From Clostridia bacterium (lineage in GTDB: Bacteria; Bacillota; Clostridia; Oscillospirales; CAG-272): 64,000 nt of DNA. The notes under the pieces are model-generated. The model saw nothing but the letters and a program-made list of their open reading frames with translations. It made no database searches and was not told the DNA's origin. The stretch spans positions 4,107-68,106 of the forward strand of contig JAGATW010000028.1 of assembly GCA_017621085.1 (NCBI GenBank), read 5' to 3'. Position numbers and translations under genes: made by a program. Shown here in pieces: positions 46,929 through 56,963 of the stretch (position 1 is the stretch's first letter; each line of letters starts with the position of its first letter).

Positions 46929-47023
46929 ATTTTAGCCTCCTTCATATAAAATAATTTATAAATAACTCTTGTGTGTGGGGATTTGGCACTTATCCCCACA
47001 AAAAGAATTTTTACCTATTGGTT

Positions 47024-48751
47024 TTATTCATAATAGCCACAAGCAAAGAGCCATTGGCTATTCTCAGCAGACTCGTATGGGATATCTCCTGTTTCAGCCC
47101 ATCCGTCTCCGTCCATAAACATAACCTGGTTTACAGAATATTTTTGCAAGAATTGACGTACCTCCTCTGTTACAGGAACAGCACCGTCACTGTTTGCAAT
47201 ATCGTGGTAGCCCTTGAGATTGGTATATGCCTCGTCAAGCTCTATATAGCCACCATATGTAGTAAGTGAGGATGATTGCGCGTGATTATAGCCCTCAACA
47301 AATAGCTTGTAGTTTTCCGTTCCGTTTGAAACGGTTAGCGCCTTGTTTCCTCGATATTCAATATTAATAAGAGCATCGTCAAGAATACCTGTTCTTGTAG
47401 CAACTGAAATATCAGCATATAATATTGGACCATAGCCAAAGCCATAACCGTTTTCAGAGTCATCGGTATACTTGGTTTCATCATATTTATGATAGAAGCC
47501 TGTTTTTTCATTATAGCGATAATTACTTTCAAGCAAAACTACCTTGCCGGAAATAGTTTCTGCCGGGGTTTGCCATGTTTTGCCCTTATCTAAATCGTAA
47601 TAGTGATTAAAATATCTTATTAAGTATTGATTTGCAAAATTATAGAGTAGTCTGTTTTCTTCTTTGTTGAAGAAAGCATTCATATAAAGCGCATCATTTA
47701 GATTACTCTCTGTTAAATCATGCATATTATAGTAAGCAAGCGGGTCATTTTCAAAAGCAGGATATTTTGCTATCAGCTCTTCCTTAGTATATGACCTTAG
47801 CTCTCTTAATCTATCAGACATTATAGCATAGATTTCATTTGGAAGCATATAATCTGACACTGCATGTTCAAGCTCAAAGCCACCCTCATACTGTACTGCA
47901 AAGTTAATTTGTGCCGGGAAATACTTATCGTTTCTTGCAGAGGTGTGAATGGCAAATATAAATACTACCTGTCCACCACCTGAGCTTGATATCATTTCCT
48001 CAGCTATTTCCACCTCATACTTAAAGTTCTTTGTATAGTTTTTGCCCTCTTTACCACCTGCATCTAAGGTGTAAAGGTAGTTAGGAGCAGCAAAGCTACT
48101 TGAATAAACGTCAATTTTTGGATTTACCTTATCGTCATAGGTTGACACCCAGGATTCAATTGTGTATGTGCCACTTTTTCTTGGCTTAAATTCATAGTAA
48201 ACCTTTTGATTATCGTTTTTCAAGGTTACACTATACATACTTGTTTCCTTAATTACCTTACGACTATATAAGCTATTTCCAGTACCTGTGGTAGTTCCTA
48301 TTGGGTATATATCCACGGTAATTTCAGGATTATCATTTGTTGCAATATAGATGTTAGGGTTATATGTATAGCCCTCTGGCATATTTTTAAGGGAAACACT
48401 ATAATCTCCGTCTAAACCAAGGGCTGTTGCATAGCCCTCATCATTTACAGCCGAATCAACAAAGGAAATTCCATCATTCCAATTTACGATAACGGGATTA
48501 GACTTATCAAAAGCATTAAATGGTTCTCCACTTAATGATAGATTTACCTTAAATACTATTTCATCTTCATCGTCCGGCTTTTCCGGTTTGTCGGGATTAT
48601 CTACATTGTCATTATTATCGCTTGAAGTAGTTGTATCAGGCTTTGAGCTTTCTGTACTACTTGGCGTGCCACTTGGATTTTCGGTATTGTCACATCCTAT
48701 GATTGCAAGCAAGAGGAGCATGGCTAAAATGGTTAAAAGTATTTTTTTCAT
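47024..48751 (-). CDS. Lipoprotein, 575 aa (paralog of 1800..3518)
   Basis: Lipobox LLLAIIGC followed by an S/T/D/P linker. Colinear with the copy-A protein. TAATG overlap with the upstream gene. Confidence 0.85.
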   Translation of the reverse strand: MKKILLTILAMLLLLAIIGCDNTENPSGTPSSTESSKPDTTTSSDNNDNVDNPDKPEKPDDEDEIVFKVNLSLSGEPFNAFDKSNPVIVNWNDGISFVDSAVNDEGYATALGLDGDYSVSLKNMPEGYTYNPNIYIATNDNPEITVDIYPIGTTTGTGNSLYSRKVIKETSMYSVTLKNDNQKVYYEFKPRKSGTYTIESWVSTYDDKVNPKIDVYSSSFAAPNYLYTLDAGGKEGKNYTKNFKYEVEIAEEMISSSGGGQVVFIFAIHTSARNDKYFPAQINFAVQYEGGFELEHAVSDYMLPNEIYAIMSDRLRELRSYTKEELIAKYPAFENDPLAYYNMHDLTESNLNDALYMNAFFNKEENRLLYNFANQYLIRYFNHYYDLDKGKTWQTPAETISGKVVLLESNYRYNEKTGFYHKYDETKYTDDSENGYGFGYGPILYADISVATRTGILDDALINIEYRGNKALTVSNGTENYKLFVEGYNHAQSSSLTTYGGYIELDEAYTNLKGYHDIANSDGAVPVTEEVRQFLQKYSVNQVMFMDGDGWAETGDIPYESAENSQWLFACGYYE

Positions 48752-51438
48752 TATGCTTTTCCTCCTGCCTTACTTTTTTTAAAAAAGCTCTTAATATCTG
48801 TCCATTTAAGCTTTCTTACAATTATGTCAATGACGAACAATACTATTGCTGCTACCATTAGTGGTATTGTGTAATAATAAATGTAGGTTTCAATTTCGCT
48901 TTCGTCATTTTCAATTTTCAAAGCTCCGTTTTCACTAACGTTGCCACTATTTCCAACGGAGTTATATAGAATTGCAGAGTCAAACAAATCAAATCTATTG
49001 TATTCAGATAGATATGATATGTTAAAGCTTGTGCTTCCTTCAAATACCTCTTCGCCAAAGATATAGTTAACGCTTACATCGTATTTGCCTATTTCACCAA
49101 CCTCAAAGGGTAGCTGATACAAGCCCTTTTCATAGTAAAGACGTGCAACTGTTTCCTTTCCATTCGGTGATGTTATTTTAACATCTACTACAACGTCAGG
49201 ATTATTTTCGGCAGGGATTACCTCTAAAACTGCTCCTGTATTTTCAACGGATACACCAATATTAAATGGATAGTCTAACCTTTCCTTTGGTGTATTGGTT
49301 GTTAATAATCCGGTTAAAACAGATGCTCCATTAGGGTCATTATACCAATTATCAATCCATTTTCCGGAAAAGGTGGTTGAAAGTGATGCTACTCGTCCGT
49401 TACCATAATTCCAATAAGAATAAAGTGGTACTAAAACAGTTTCTCCTGTTGGAAATTTATACTCAACATTTAAAACCGTGGTAGCATTTGATTTGGTAAC
49501 ACCAAAATAATATCCACCAATGTTCGGAAGCTCTAATATACCTTGAATTATTGGGTCCTCATAATCTTCAATAATTACAGGAATATCGCCCTCAATTAAT
49601 GTTTCTGTTATATCGTCTGCAATTTCTGTTGATACAACCTCAGATACCTCCTCGGGAGATTCAACAAAATAGTAATTACCACGACCGGCAGTTGCAATTT
49701 GCTTTAATAATTCTTGAGCGCCTGCTACTGTACTATTGGTATTGATGGTTGACACAGCAATACCTGATTTGCGCATTTGGGACACAATATTAATTGGGTC
49801 ATCCTTTTGGTCAACTGCAAGATATGTACGTCCGTCACTTATGAGTATAGCGTGCTTTTGATAGAAGGATTGATTTTCCATCATTTCCTTTGCAAGCTTT
49901 AAGCCTGCGCCAAGCACGGTGCCCTGTGTTGGTTGAATACCATTTATAGCTTGAATAATTGTTTCCTTATGAGCCACTGCTGTTGGCATTAGAGCCATGG
50001 AAGCATCACCCGATACGGAGAAAATTGCTACATAGTCCTGTGGGGACATTGTATTTAAAAGCTCAATTGCTGATTGCTTTGCCATTATAAGCTGATAAGC
50101 ATCCTGCATACTTCTTGATGAGTCGATAACTATACCGTATAGCTTAGGCTCGCCGCTTGTATTACCATACTGGATTGCCATCATATCCTTAAAGGCTGAA
50201 TACAAATTATTATCTTGGTTTTGAACAAAGGTATTACCGGCAGTTATTAAGCTTTTACCAAACTTGGATACTACTATGTCAAGATTTGAAATAAAGGCTG
50301 TTGCATTTTCAATTTCCTTTATATCTATGCTTGACAAAATAAATTCATCAAACTTACAAAGCTCCTCTATGCTATACGGCACAGGCTCTTTCTTTTTCAA
50401 TAGAAGCGGTGCATATATTTCAGCACTTTCACCATAAAGCTCTTCAGCTCTTGTTAAGTCAGCCTTTGTATTTGAAACAAGTAAAACCTTAATCTTTTCG
50501 TTTACTGTTTGAGTAAAGTAAAATTCGTTATTGTGCGGAGATGTATCGTGACTTGCATCAACCACGACCTTATAATCCTTTACTCCACCTGTAGTTGTAT
50601 CAAGGTCAATTGTTATTAGGTTAAAGCCCTTATGAAGTGGCTTTGATACCTCCTTCTTCATTACACCTGCTTCATCATACAGGCGAATAAAGGCATCATT
50701 TCTGTCCTTTTGATTTTCATCATTTGGAATATAATCAGTATTTGACTGAATTAATATCTGTAAAACGGAATCGTGGTTTAAATAGGTTGATTTAACATAA
50801 TCTACGCTATTAATTTGAACCTCGTATTCGGTGTCCTTTATGTTGCTATCAAGATAAATTGCGTCAACATAAATGTCCTGTGCCTCAAGATTGCTTATAG
50901 CATTTATAATTCTTGAAGCTTCAGTTGTCAAGGTTTCCTTACCGTCTGTTAACAAAACTATTCTTTTGATTGTGTTGCTTGAAAACATAGTTGATGCATA
51001 ATTTAGCGCACTTACTATGTCTGTTGCACTTGTATCAACCAAGGTATTCTTTACAGATGAAAACTCACCACCAAATTCAGTATTGATAGCATAATCTCTG
51101 CCGAAGCAAACTACACCTACCTTAGAATTGGCAGGAAGATTTTCCTTTTTAATCAATTCCTTTATGTATTCATCTGTTTTGTCAATGTTGCTATTTGTGG
51201 AGTAGGAAACATCGGCTACAATTAAAACCTCTGTTTCTGTTTTAACAGTTATTTTTTGTAGTCCTGCAAGGGCAAGTGCTACTAACGCCACCATTACGGT
51301 GTGCAATATTAATGTTGTAATTGTTGATTTGCTCTTATTCTCTTTTCTTATGGCAATTATGTACGGTACTACCAATAATGCCAGCATAGGAATGGCAATT
51401 AGCAACAAGTATGGATTATCGAAGCTGATACTTGTCAT
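48751..51438 (-). CDS. Membrane protein with BatA-type N-terminus and two vWA (MIDAS) domains
   Basis: N-terminus MTSISFDNPYLLLIAIPMLALLVVPY. MIDAS motifs IVADVSYSTN and IVIDSSRSM. C-terminal TM helix. 23-nt overlap with the upstream gene. Confidence 0.85.
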   Translation of the reverse strand: MTSISFDNPYLLLIAIPMLALLVVPYIIAIRKENKSKSTITTLILHTVMVALVALALAGLQKITVKTETEVLIVADVSYSTNSNIDKTDEYIKELIKKENLPANSKVGVVCFGRDYAINTEFGGEFSSVKNTLVDTSATDIVSALNYASTMFSSNTIKRIVLLTDGKETLTTEASRIINAISNLEAQDIYVDAIYLDSNIKDTEYEVQINSVDYVKSTYLNHDSVLQILIQSNTDYIPNDENQKDRNDAFIRLYDEAGVMKKEVSKPLHKGFNLITIDLDTTTGGVKDYKVVVDASHDTSPHNNEFYFTQTVNEKIKVLLVSNTKADLTRAEELYGESAEIYAPLLLKKKEPVPYSIEELCKFDEFILSSIDIKEIENATAFISNLDIVVSKFGKSLITAGNTFVQNQDNNLYSAFKDMMAIQYGNTSGEPKLYGIVIDSSRSMQDAYQLIMAKQSAIELLNTMSPQDYVAIFSVSGDASMALMPTAVAHKETIIQAINGIQPTQGTVLGAGLKLAKEMMENQSFYQKHAILISDGRTYLAVDQKDDPINIVSQMRKSGIAVSTINTNSTVAGAQELLKQIATAGRGNYYFVESPEEVSEVVSTEIADDITETLIEGDIPVIIEDYEDPIIQGILELPNIGGYYFGVTKSNATTVLNVEYKFPTGETVLVPLYSYWNYGNGRVASLSTTFSGKWIDNWYNDPNGASVLTGLLTTNTPKERLDYPFNIGVSVENTGAVLEVIPAENNPDVVVDVKITSPNGKETVARLYYEKGLYQLPFEVGEIGKYDVSVNYIFGEEVFEGSTSFNISYLSEYNRFDLFDSAILYNSVGNSGNVSENGALKIENDESEIETYIYYYTIPLMVAAIVLFVIDIIVRKLKWTDIKSFFKKSKAGGKA

Positions 51439-53284
51439 AGCAATACACCACCCAATCTGCCACCATAATTACAGCCAAGCAAATAAAGAATATTATGAGC
51501 TTATCGTATATGCCATCAAAGCCCTTTCCACTTGCTTCGCCAAGGAGGCTAATTTCGCCCTCGTTTTCTGTTACGGGGTCTTTTTCCTCATCTACCATTG
51601 CAGAATAGATATTGAAGCTTCTCGCCTGTCCTGCAATTGTTGCAGTAATTGTGTAAACACCCACCTCGTCAAGCTGAAATTCACTTATCATTTCTTTTGT
51701 GCTTAAGTGAGATATTTTACCTCTTGGGCTTTCTACACGAATGCTTTCGCAATTAGACACTATATTAATTTGCGCCTTGTCGCCACATTCATAAAAGGCT
51801 TCATCAATTACAGATGGGAATGAGAATTTTATAAGATTATTTACTAAAAATACATAATCTGCCAAAAGTGGCAAATCTGAATTGTGAAGGTCAAATGCAA
51901 ATACAACCTCACGGTTTCCATAGGTATTTACACCTGTGAATATTACCGGATTTCCTTCATGAGTGAACAATGTATCAAAATTACGATATGTATCGTACTT
52001 TGAGTACTTTGATACATATATTTCGTTTCCGTCCACATCACTCAAAAGCTTTCTTATAGTTGATGCACTTGCCTTTGTTTTTGATATTTTCTCTGCCTTA
52101 TCAAGCTTAATTTCACCTTGATAATTAAAGCCGGAATTTTCTATACTCGCGGTTGAATTTATTAGCCATACGCTACCATCATCCGGTACGGATTTTGGAT
52201 TACAGGAATGGAATACATATAAGCCATAGCCCTTGATTTCTCTTGACTTATTTTCTTCCTTTGTCAAGTAGTCATTAGGAGACATAACTGTTATGCTCTC
52301 ACTTCCTACACTCTTCAAAACTGTTTCTAAGAAAAATGGTGTTTGACTTACTAACAATGTTTTATAAGCATTTGCCTTATTCACGTTGTAAATAACGCTT
52401 TCGTTATCAAGTGCTAAAGCGTCACTATTAAGGATTTTGACTGTTGCACTATCAAAGCTTTCAACATACAAATCAAATGTAAATTTCTTTGCTACACCCT
52501 TTTGTACGCTTATTTCCTGTTGTGCGCTTTCATCTCCGGCATTTACCTGAAGATTAATTGTTGCGTCGCTTTCATAAGATGTTACATAACCACTAATGCT
52601 TAAGCTACCTAAAACAGAATAATCATATGTAACCTGTGACAAGGCATAGTTGTCCTTTTCGCTTGCTACATTTATTAGATGAATGTTCTTAGCCTCACTA
52701 TAGGACTTGTCCGTAACAAGATATGTAAGAGTACCCTTGTTTGCATCAAAATATGATTGCGCTTTAGACAAAGCAGTACTTACGTTTTGAGAGCCGAAGC
52801 CGGATTTTAGTTCATCTATAAGGAGCAAGGCATCATCTTTATCTGTTTCCTTTTCAAAAACAGTTGTGGTGTTATTATCAACACAGATAAGGGTATATAA
52901 GCTACCATTGCCTGAATCCTCAATGATTTCTTTTATTCTGTCCTTGCCTACCTCAAATCTTGACTTGTTATTTTCCATTTCCATACTCATGCTTCCACTT
53001 GAATCAAGTATGAAGCAATATTCATTTGCTCCATTTGGTATTGTAAACACCGGTTGAGCTATGGTTAAGGAAATAATAGCAATTGCCAAAATCTGCAAAA
53101 TCAAGCTAATAATACCTGTCAGCTTGTTGTCTTTTTTCTTTTTCTTTAAGAATTTTTCGCTAAGAGTCCATAGATAAGTAGCAGACACAGTTTGCTCTGT
53201 GTACTTGCTCTTAATTATGTAAATTAATACAAGAATTGGAATTCCTATTAATCCCAATAGTCCTAAGGGATACTGAAAGCTCAT
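51416..53284 (-). CDS. BatA-like TM-vWA protein (intact copy, 622 aa)
   Basis: N-terminus MSFQYPLGLLGLIGIPILVLIYII (aerotolerance-regulator N-terminal type). MIDAS motif FILDSSGSM. C-terminal TM helix LIIFFICLAVIMVADWVVYCY. Confidence 0.85.
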   Translation of the reverse strand: MSFQYPLGLLGLIGIPILVLIYIIKSKYTEQTVSATYLWTLSEKFLKKKKKDNKLTGIISLILQILAIAIISLTIAQPVFTIPNGANEYCFILDSSGSMSMEMENNKSRFEVGKDRIKEIIEDSGNGSLYTLICVDNNTTTVFEKETDKDDALLLIDELKSGFGSQNVSTALSKAQSYFDANKGTLTYLVTDKSYSEAKNIHLINVASEKDNYALSQVTYDYSVLGSLSISGYVTSYESDATINLQVNAGDESAQQEISVQKGVAKKFTFDLYVESFDSATVKILNSDALALDNESVIYNVNKANAYKTLLVSQTPFFLETVLKSVGSESITVMSPNDYLTKEENKSREIKGYGLYVFHSCNPKSVPDDGSVWLINSTASIENSGFNYQGEIKLDKAEKISKTKASASTIRKLLSDVDGNEIYVSKYSKYDTYRNFDTLFTHEGNPVIFTGVNTYGNREVVFAFDLHNSDLPLLADYVFLVNNLIKFSFPSVIDEAFYECGDKAQINIVSNCESIRVESPRGKISHLSTKEMISEFQLDEVGVYTITATIAGQARSFNIYSAMVDEEKDPVTENEGEISLLGEASGKGFDGIYDKLIIFFICLAVIMVADWVVYCYDKYQLR

Positions 53285-54165
53285 TTCAATACCTCCTTTT
53301 CTACCATCCTGCCAAAGAAGACATCGCCCATTGAGTCCTCAGATGATACTAATAGGTAATGTGCGCCTCTTGATGCACAAACATTGCCTATTCTTTCTTG
53401 AACATACTCAAGCGCTTTTCTGTACGCTTGCATTATATCCTTTTTAATATTCTTTCTGTAAATCTTTTCAGCAGATTCAGAGTCATACAAATGTACCTTA
53501 CCTCTGATTTTCGGATTAAGCTCGTCCGGCGACAAAACCTGAATACAGAACACATCTCTTTTCTTATCGGCTAAGTGGTTAATAGCACTTTCATAATCGT
53601 TATCTGTTAGAAAATCAGAAATAATTACCGACATACCATCGCCATAGCCAACGCTTGATGGAATAACGGCATCACTAATATAGCTATCTCCACTAAACTC
53701 TAAATCGTTTAGCTTGCCTATTTCGCCAACATAAGAGTCCTTTCCAACCATACCGGAAATAATTTCTATTATCTCCTTGTTACGTATAGCATAAATGGAA
53801 ACCTTGTCCATTTCGTTAAGAGAAAGGTATGCAACCGTTGCGGCAAGTCTTAGTGCTTGCTCTGCCTTATCGGCTCTACCATATTCCATTGAACGGCTTG
53901 CATCAATGTATATCTTGGTGTGCATTTGACGTTCGTCAAGATAAAGCTTTTGATAAAGCTTATCAAAACGAGCATATGCATTCCAATCTATTTTGGTTAT
54001 ATCATCACCCGGAATATAATCACGATAATCAGCAAACTCACAGGATGAGCCGAAGGTTTTACTTTGGTGAGTTCCACCAAACAAGCCTGCAACATTATTT
54101 TTAATAAGCGATTGCAATGCTTCTACCTGCTGTAAAAATTCCTCGTTGATTATTGAATTCTTCAT
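53281..54165 (-). CDS. DUF58 family protein
   Basis: Block FADYRDYIPGDDITKIDWNAYARFDKLY. 294 aa. 4-nt overlap with the downstream gene. Confidence 0.85.
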   Translation of the reverse strand: MKNSIINEEFLQQVEALQSLIKNNVAGLFGGTHQSKTFGSSCEFADYRDYIPGDDITKIDWNAYARFDKLYQKLYLDERQMHTKIYIDASRSMEYGRADKAEQALRLAATVAYLSLNEMDKVSIYAIRNKEIIEIISGMVGKDSYVGEIGKLNDLEFSGDSYISDAVIPSSVGYGDGMSVIISDFLTDNDYESAINHLADKKRDVFCIQVLSPDELNPKIRGKVHLYDSESAEKIYRKNIKKDIMQAYRKALEYVQERIGNVCASRGAHYLLVSSEDSMGDVFFGRMVEKEVLK

Positions 54166-54177
54166 TTTTGCTGACCT

Positions 54178-55161
54178 TTATTTCTTTTTTGTTTCTTTCA
54201 CAAGTAAATCAATTACATCATCAACAGTCAGCTTTTCATTTACGGCAGTATAATTGATTTTAATTCTATGTCTTAATACAGGACGTGCAAGTGCTTCGAT
54301 ATCCTCATATGAAACATTAAAGTTGCCATTTATGAGCGCTCTTACCTTAGCACAAGTAATTAATGCCTGTGCAGCACGTGGAGATGCACCGTATTTAATA
54401 TATTTCTTTGTACAATCAGGAGATTTTTCAAGCTCTGCGTGAGTGTTAGATACAAGCTTAACTGCATACTTAACAACATCATCAATAACCGGAACCTGAG
54501 AAGCAAGCTGTCTCATTTCAAGAATTGTAGGTCCATCTACAACTGCTTGAGCATTTTCATCAAGTGTGATTTGTGTCATGTTTACAATGTCAACAAGCTC
54601 TTCATCGCTTGGGAACTTCATTATTAGCTTAAACACAAAACGGTCCATTTGCGCCTCCGGCAATGGATATGTACCGTCCTGCTCAATTGGGTTCTCTGTT
54701 GCAAGCACAAAGAATGGCTCCTCAAGGTCATATCTATCGTTACCGACTGTTATTTTATGCTCCTGCATTACTTCAAGCATAGCAGACTGTGTTTTTGGTG
54801 TTGCACGGTTAATTTCGTCAGCTAAAACAAGATTTGCAAAAATAGGGCCTTTACGGAAGGAGCTTACCATTTTTCCTGTTGCATCCTTTTCAATTACATT
54901 TGTACCTGTAACGTCAGATGGCATAAGGTCAGGAGTAAACTGTATTCTTGAGAATGGTAGGCTAAGAGTTCTACCAAGAGAACGAACTAAACGTGTTTTA
55001 CCAACGCCCGGTACACCCTCTAAAAGAACGTTACCGCCTGCTATAATTGCGATTATTACATTATCTACGATTTCATTTTGACCTACAACGTCCTTGCGAA
55101 GCTCTGCTTTGATTAAGCTAACTGTTTCACTAAACTTTTTTACCTTTTCCATGTTTTCCAT
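54178..55161 (-). CDS. MoxR-family AAA+ ATPase
   Basis: Walker A GVPGVGKT and Walker B LVLADEINR. By eye, about nine of ten residues are identical to the copy-A protein. Confidence 0.9.
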   Translation of the reverse strand: MENMEKVKKFSETVSLIKAELRKDVVGQNEIVDNVIIAIIAGGNVLLEGVPGVGKTRLVRSLGRTLSLPFSRIQFTPDLMPSDVTGTNVIEKDATGKMVSSFRKGPIFANLVLADEINRATPKTQSAMLEVMQEHKITVGNDRYDLEEPFFVLATENPIEQDGTYPLPEAQMDRFVFKLIMKFPSDEELVDIVNMTQITLDENAQAVVDGPTILEMRQLASQVPVIDDVVKYAVKLVSNTHAELEKSPDCTKKYIKYGASPRAAQALITCAKVRALINGNFNVSYEDIEALARPVLRHRIKINYTAVNEKLTVDDVIDLLVKETKKK

Positions 55162-55184
55162 ATCATTAATTTCCTTTACTTTTC

Positions 55185-56675
55185 TTAATTTTGACCACCT
55201 TGAGGTGTTATTAGTACCGAATAATACTTCCTCAAGATTTCAGCTAATTCCTCAGAAATTTCGCCATTGCGTAGCATTTCTGTAATTTTGGATTCGTAAT
55301 TTGCAATAACCTCACCATACTGAACGTTTATGTTGTCAACGTTTCCAGCCGGCTCTTTGTCCTTGTCTATAACTATATCGTCACTACCAAAAATATTTCC
55401 ACCTGCACCGTATCCACCGTCTTCACCAACTTCCGGTCTGTCCTCCGGCTCGGTAGTTTCAAAATCATCATTTTCGTCGGTTTTTTCCTTAATATCATCC
55501 TCGGTAATACCGAATATACGCATAAGCTCGCTTACTACACGGTCTTTTACGTCATTATTGACTTTTTCCTGTGGTATAATCTTCTTAAGCTCACCAATCG
55601 CTGTACGATTAAAAGCTTCATCAATTTTAGAAAGAATGTTTTCATCTGTATATGTTCTTTCAACAATCAGAGTTAATGAGTCGTTTAGTGCTTTCAGCAC
55701 TCCATACAGTCCATCTTCCTCGCCAAGTCCCGAGTTACGAATAATTGCACCTAATTCATCATTAAAATCTGCAATGTCATCCTTGCTGCCGCCAAGCACA
55801 AACAAGCCTGAGCTAATTGATACGAACTCAGTTTCAATTACACTCATATTCAAGCTATATAAGGCAAGACTAAGCTTCTTTATGCTACTATTTGAATTAT
55901 CCTTAGCAAGCATATGTACTTTAAATGTTGAGCTGGCTCCATTTACATGGGCACGCACCGCTTTGATTACACCAACTACATATTCCTTCATTTGAGATTG
56001 CATTCTCAAATTATCAAGCTCTGAAAGCAATACATTCAGCTCGGATAGAACATTTGCCTTAACGTCAGCCTGCATATTTGATTTTTCAACCTCTTGAATT
56101 AAAGCCTCAAGAGCGATTCTTTGATGGTCGGTAGGAGTAAACTCCTCATCCTCATCATCCTCACCACCCTGTTGGGTGTCATCACCCGGGTCATGTGTGG
56201 GGGTATTCTCCTCACTTTTAAATGCTACAACTATGGCTGTAACAAGGTATGCTGCACAGATAACAAGAGCAACAAAAAAAGCAACTAATCCTTTTAGCAA
56301 GCCAAGCATATTGGTTGGTTTGCTATCGAGGATTTTTATTGCATCCTCTCTTTGAAGAAGCTTAATATCTCCATCGTCATCCAAAAAGGCGTGCATTGTT
56401 TGAATTTTTTCTCTTAAGCCATATGTATTATCAAGCTTTTTTGCCAGCTTTTTATCATTTGGCTTGAGAACAAAAAACGTGCCAAGTCCTAAAAGTAATC
56501 CAAAAGCAACACCTGTAAGAACTGCGTAAACCATATTAAAGTCAAGCTTTTTAAGCGTGGTTACAATTAGGAAGGTTGCAACGACAAGTAAGACGGCACA
56601 GATGCCTGTAAGAATAGCCTTTATAACAGCATCTAACACATATTTTTTCTTAAAGCGTTTAAAGCTCTCACCCAT
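55185..56675 (-). CDS. Three-TM membrane protein with an acidic helical C-terminal domain (first gene of the copy-B operon)
   Basis: The ORF track start is 56693. AAAGGAGGA lies inside that extension, so the ATG at 56675 or 56678 (MGESFKRF, compare copy A MGEGFKRF) is the likelier start. Confidence 0.75.
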   Translation of the reverse strand: MGESFKRFKKKYVLDAVIKAILTGICAVLLVVATFLIVTTLKKLDFNMVYAVLTGVAFGLLLGLGTFFVLKPNDKKLAKKLDNTYGLREKIQTMHAFLDDDGDIKLLQREDAIKILDSKPTNMLGLLKGLVAFFVALVICAAYLVTAIVVAFKSEENTPTHDPGDDTQQGGEDDEDEEFTPTDHQRIALEALIQEVEKSNMQADVKANVLSELNVLLSELDNLRMQSQMKEYVVGVIKAVRAHVNGASSTFKVHMLAKDNSNSSIKKLSLALYSLNMSVIETEFVSISSGLFVLGGSKDDIADFNDELGAIIRNSGLGEEDGLYGVLKALNDSLTLIVERTYTDENILSKIDEAFNRTAIGELKKIIPQEKVNNDVKDRVVSELMRIFGITEDDIKEKTDENDDFETTEPEDRPEVGEDGGYGAGGNIFGSDDIVIDKDKEPAGNVDNINVQYGEVIANYESKITEMLRNGEISEELAEILRKYYSVLITPQGGQN

Positions 56676-56713
56676 CATTGTTCCTCCTTTCATTTTTTAT
56701 AATATTATTTATT

Positions 56714-56742
56714 ATTTTAACACAAATATATAATGGTGTCAA
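56714..56742 (-). promoter_or_regulatory. Predicted sigma-A-type promoter of the copy-B MoxR operon
   Basis: On the minus strand: TTGACA, 17 nt, TAAAAT, with extended TGt. Confidence 0.5.
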
Positions 56743-56904
56743 GGCGAAAATTACAAAATATACTTTTTTCCACTTTTTTAGACAAAAATGTAAAAATATG
56801 ACGATGGATTTCTTTTTCATCAATTTTGAATTCTCGTTTAACTTTTTGTCGTGAATAGTTTTGTTTCAGTTTAGCATCGTTTTGTAAAATTGTTAAAAAT
56901 AATA

Positions 56905-56933
56905 TTGATAAAATTGTAAATGTGTGTTAAAAT
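56905..56933 (+). promoter_or_regulatory. Predicted promoter of the copy-B two-component/plsY operon
   Basis: TTGATA, 17 nt, TAAAAT, with extended TGt. Confidence 0.45.
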
Positions 56934-56963
56934 GTTAATCTATCGTAAATAAGGAGGGATTAT

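Noticed and set aside
54566-55081. 171-aa plus-strand ORF that resembles the 108-aa ORF at 9517..9843 (apparently conserved in both copies)
   Set aside because: Both are antisense to the highly conserved MoxR genes. The similarity is inherited from MoxR conservation, and MoxR has unambiguous Walker motifs in the sense frame.
55330-55995. 221-aa Ser/Leu-rich plus-strand ORF
   Set aside because: It is antisense to the 3-TM operon gene, whose frame is supported by the paralog in copy A. The equivalent antisense frame in copy A is broken into short pieces, so it is not conserved as coding.
56881-56940. Multiple TGTAAA/TGTTAA hexamers upstream of the response-regulator genes, considered as OmpR-type direct repeats
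   Set aside because: Such AT-rich hexamers are expected by chance in this composition, and their spacing is irregular. Only the longer block conserved between copies (11529..11546 and 56786..56810) was kept as a finding.
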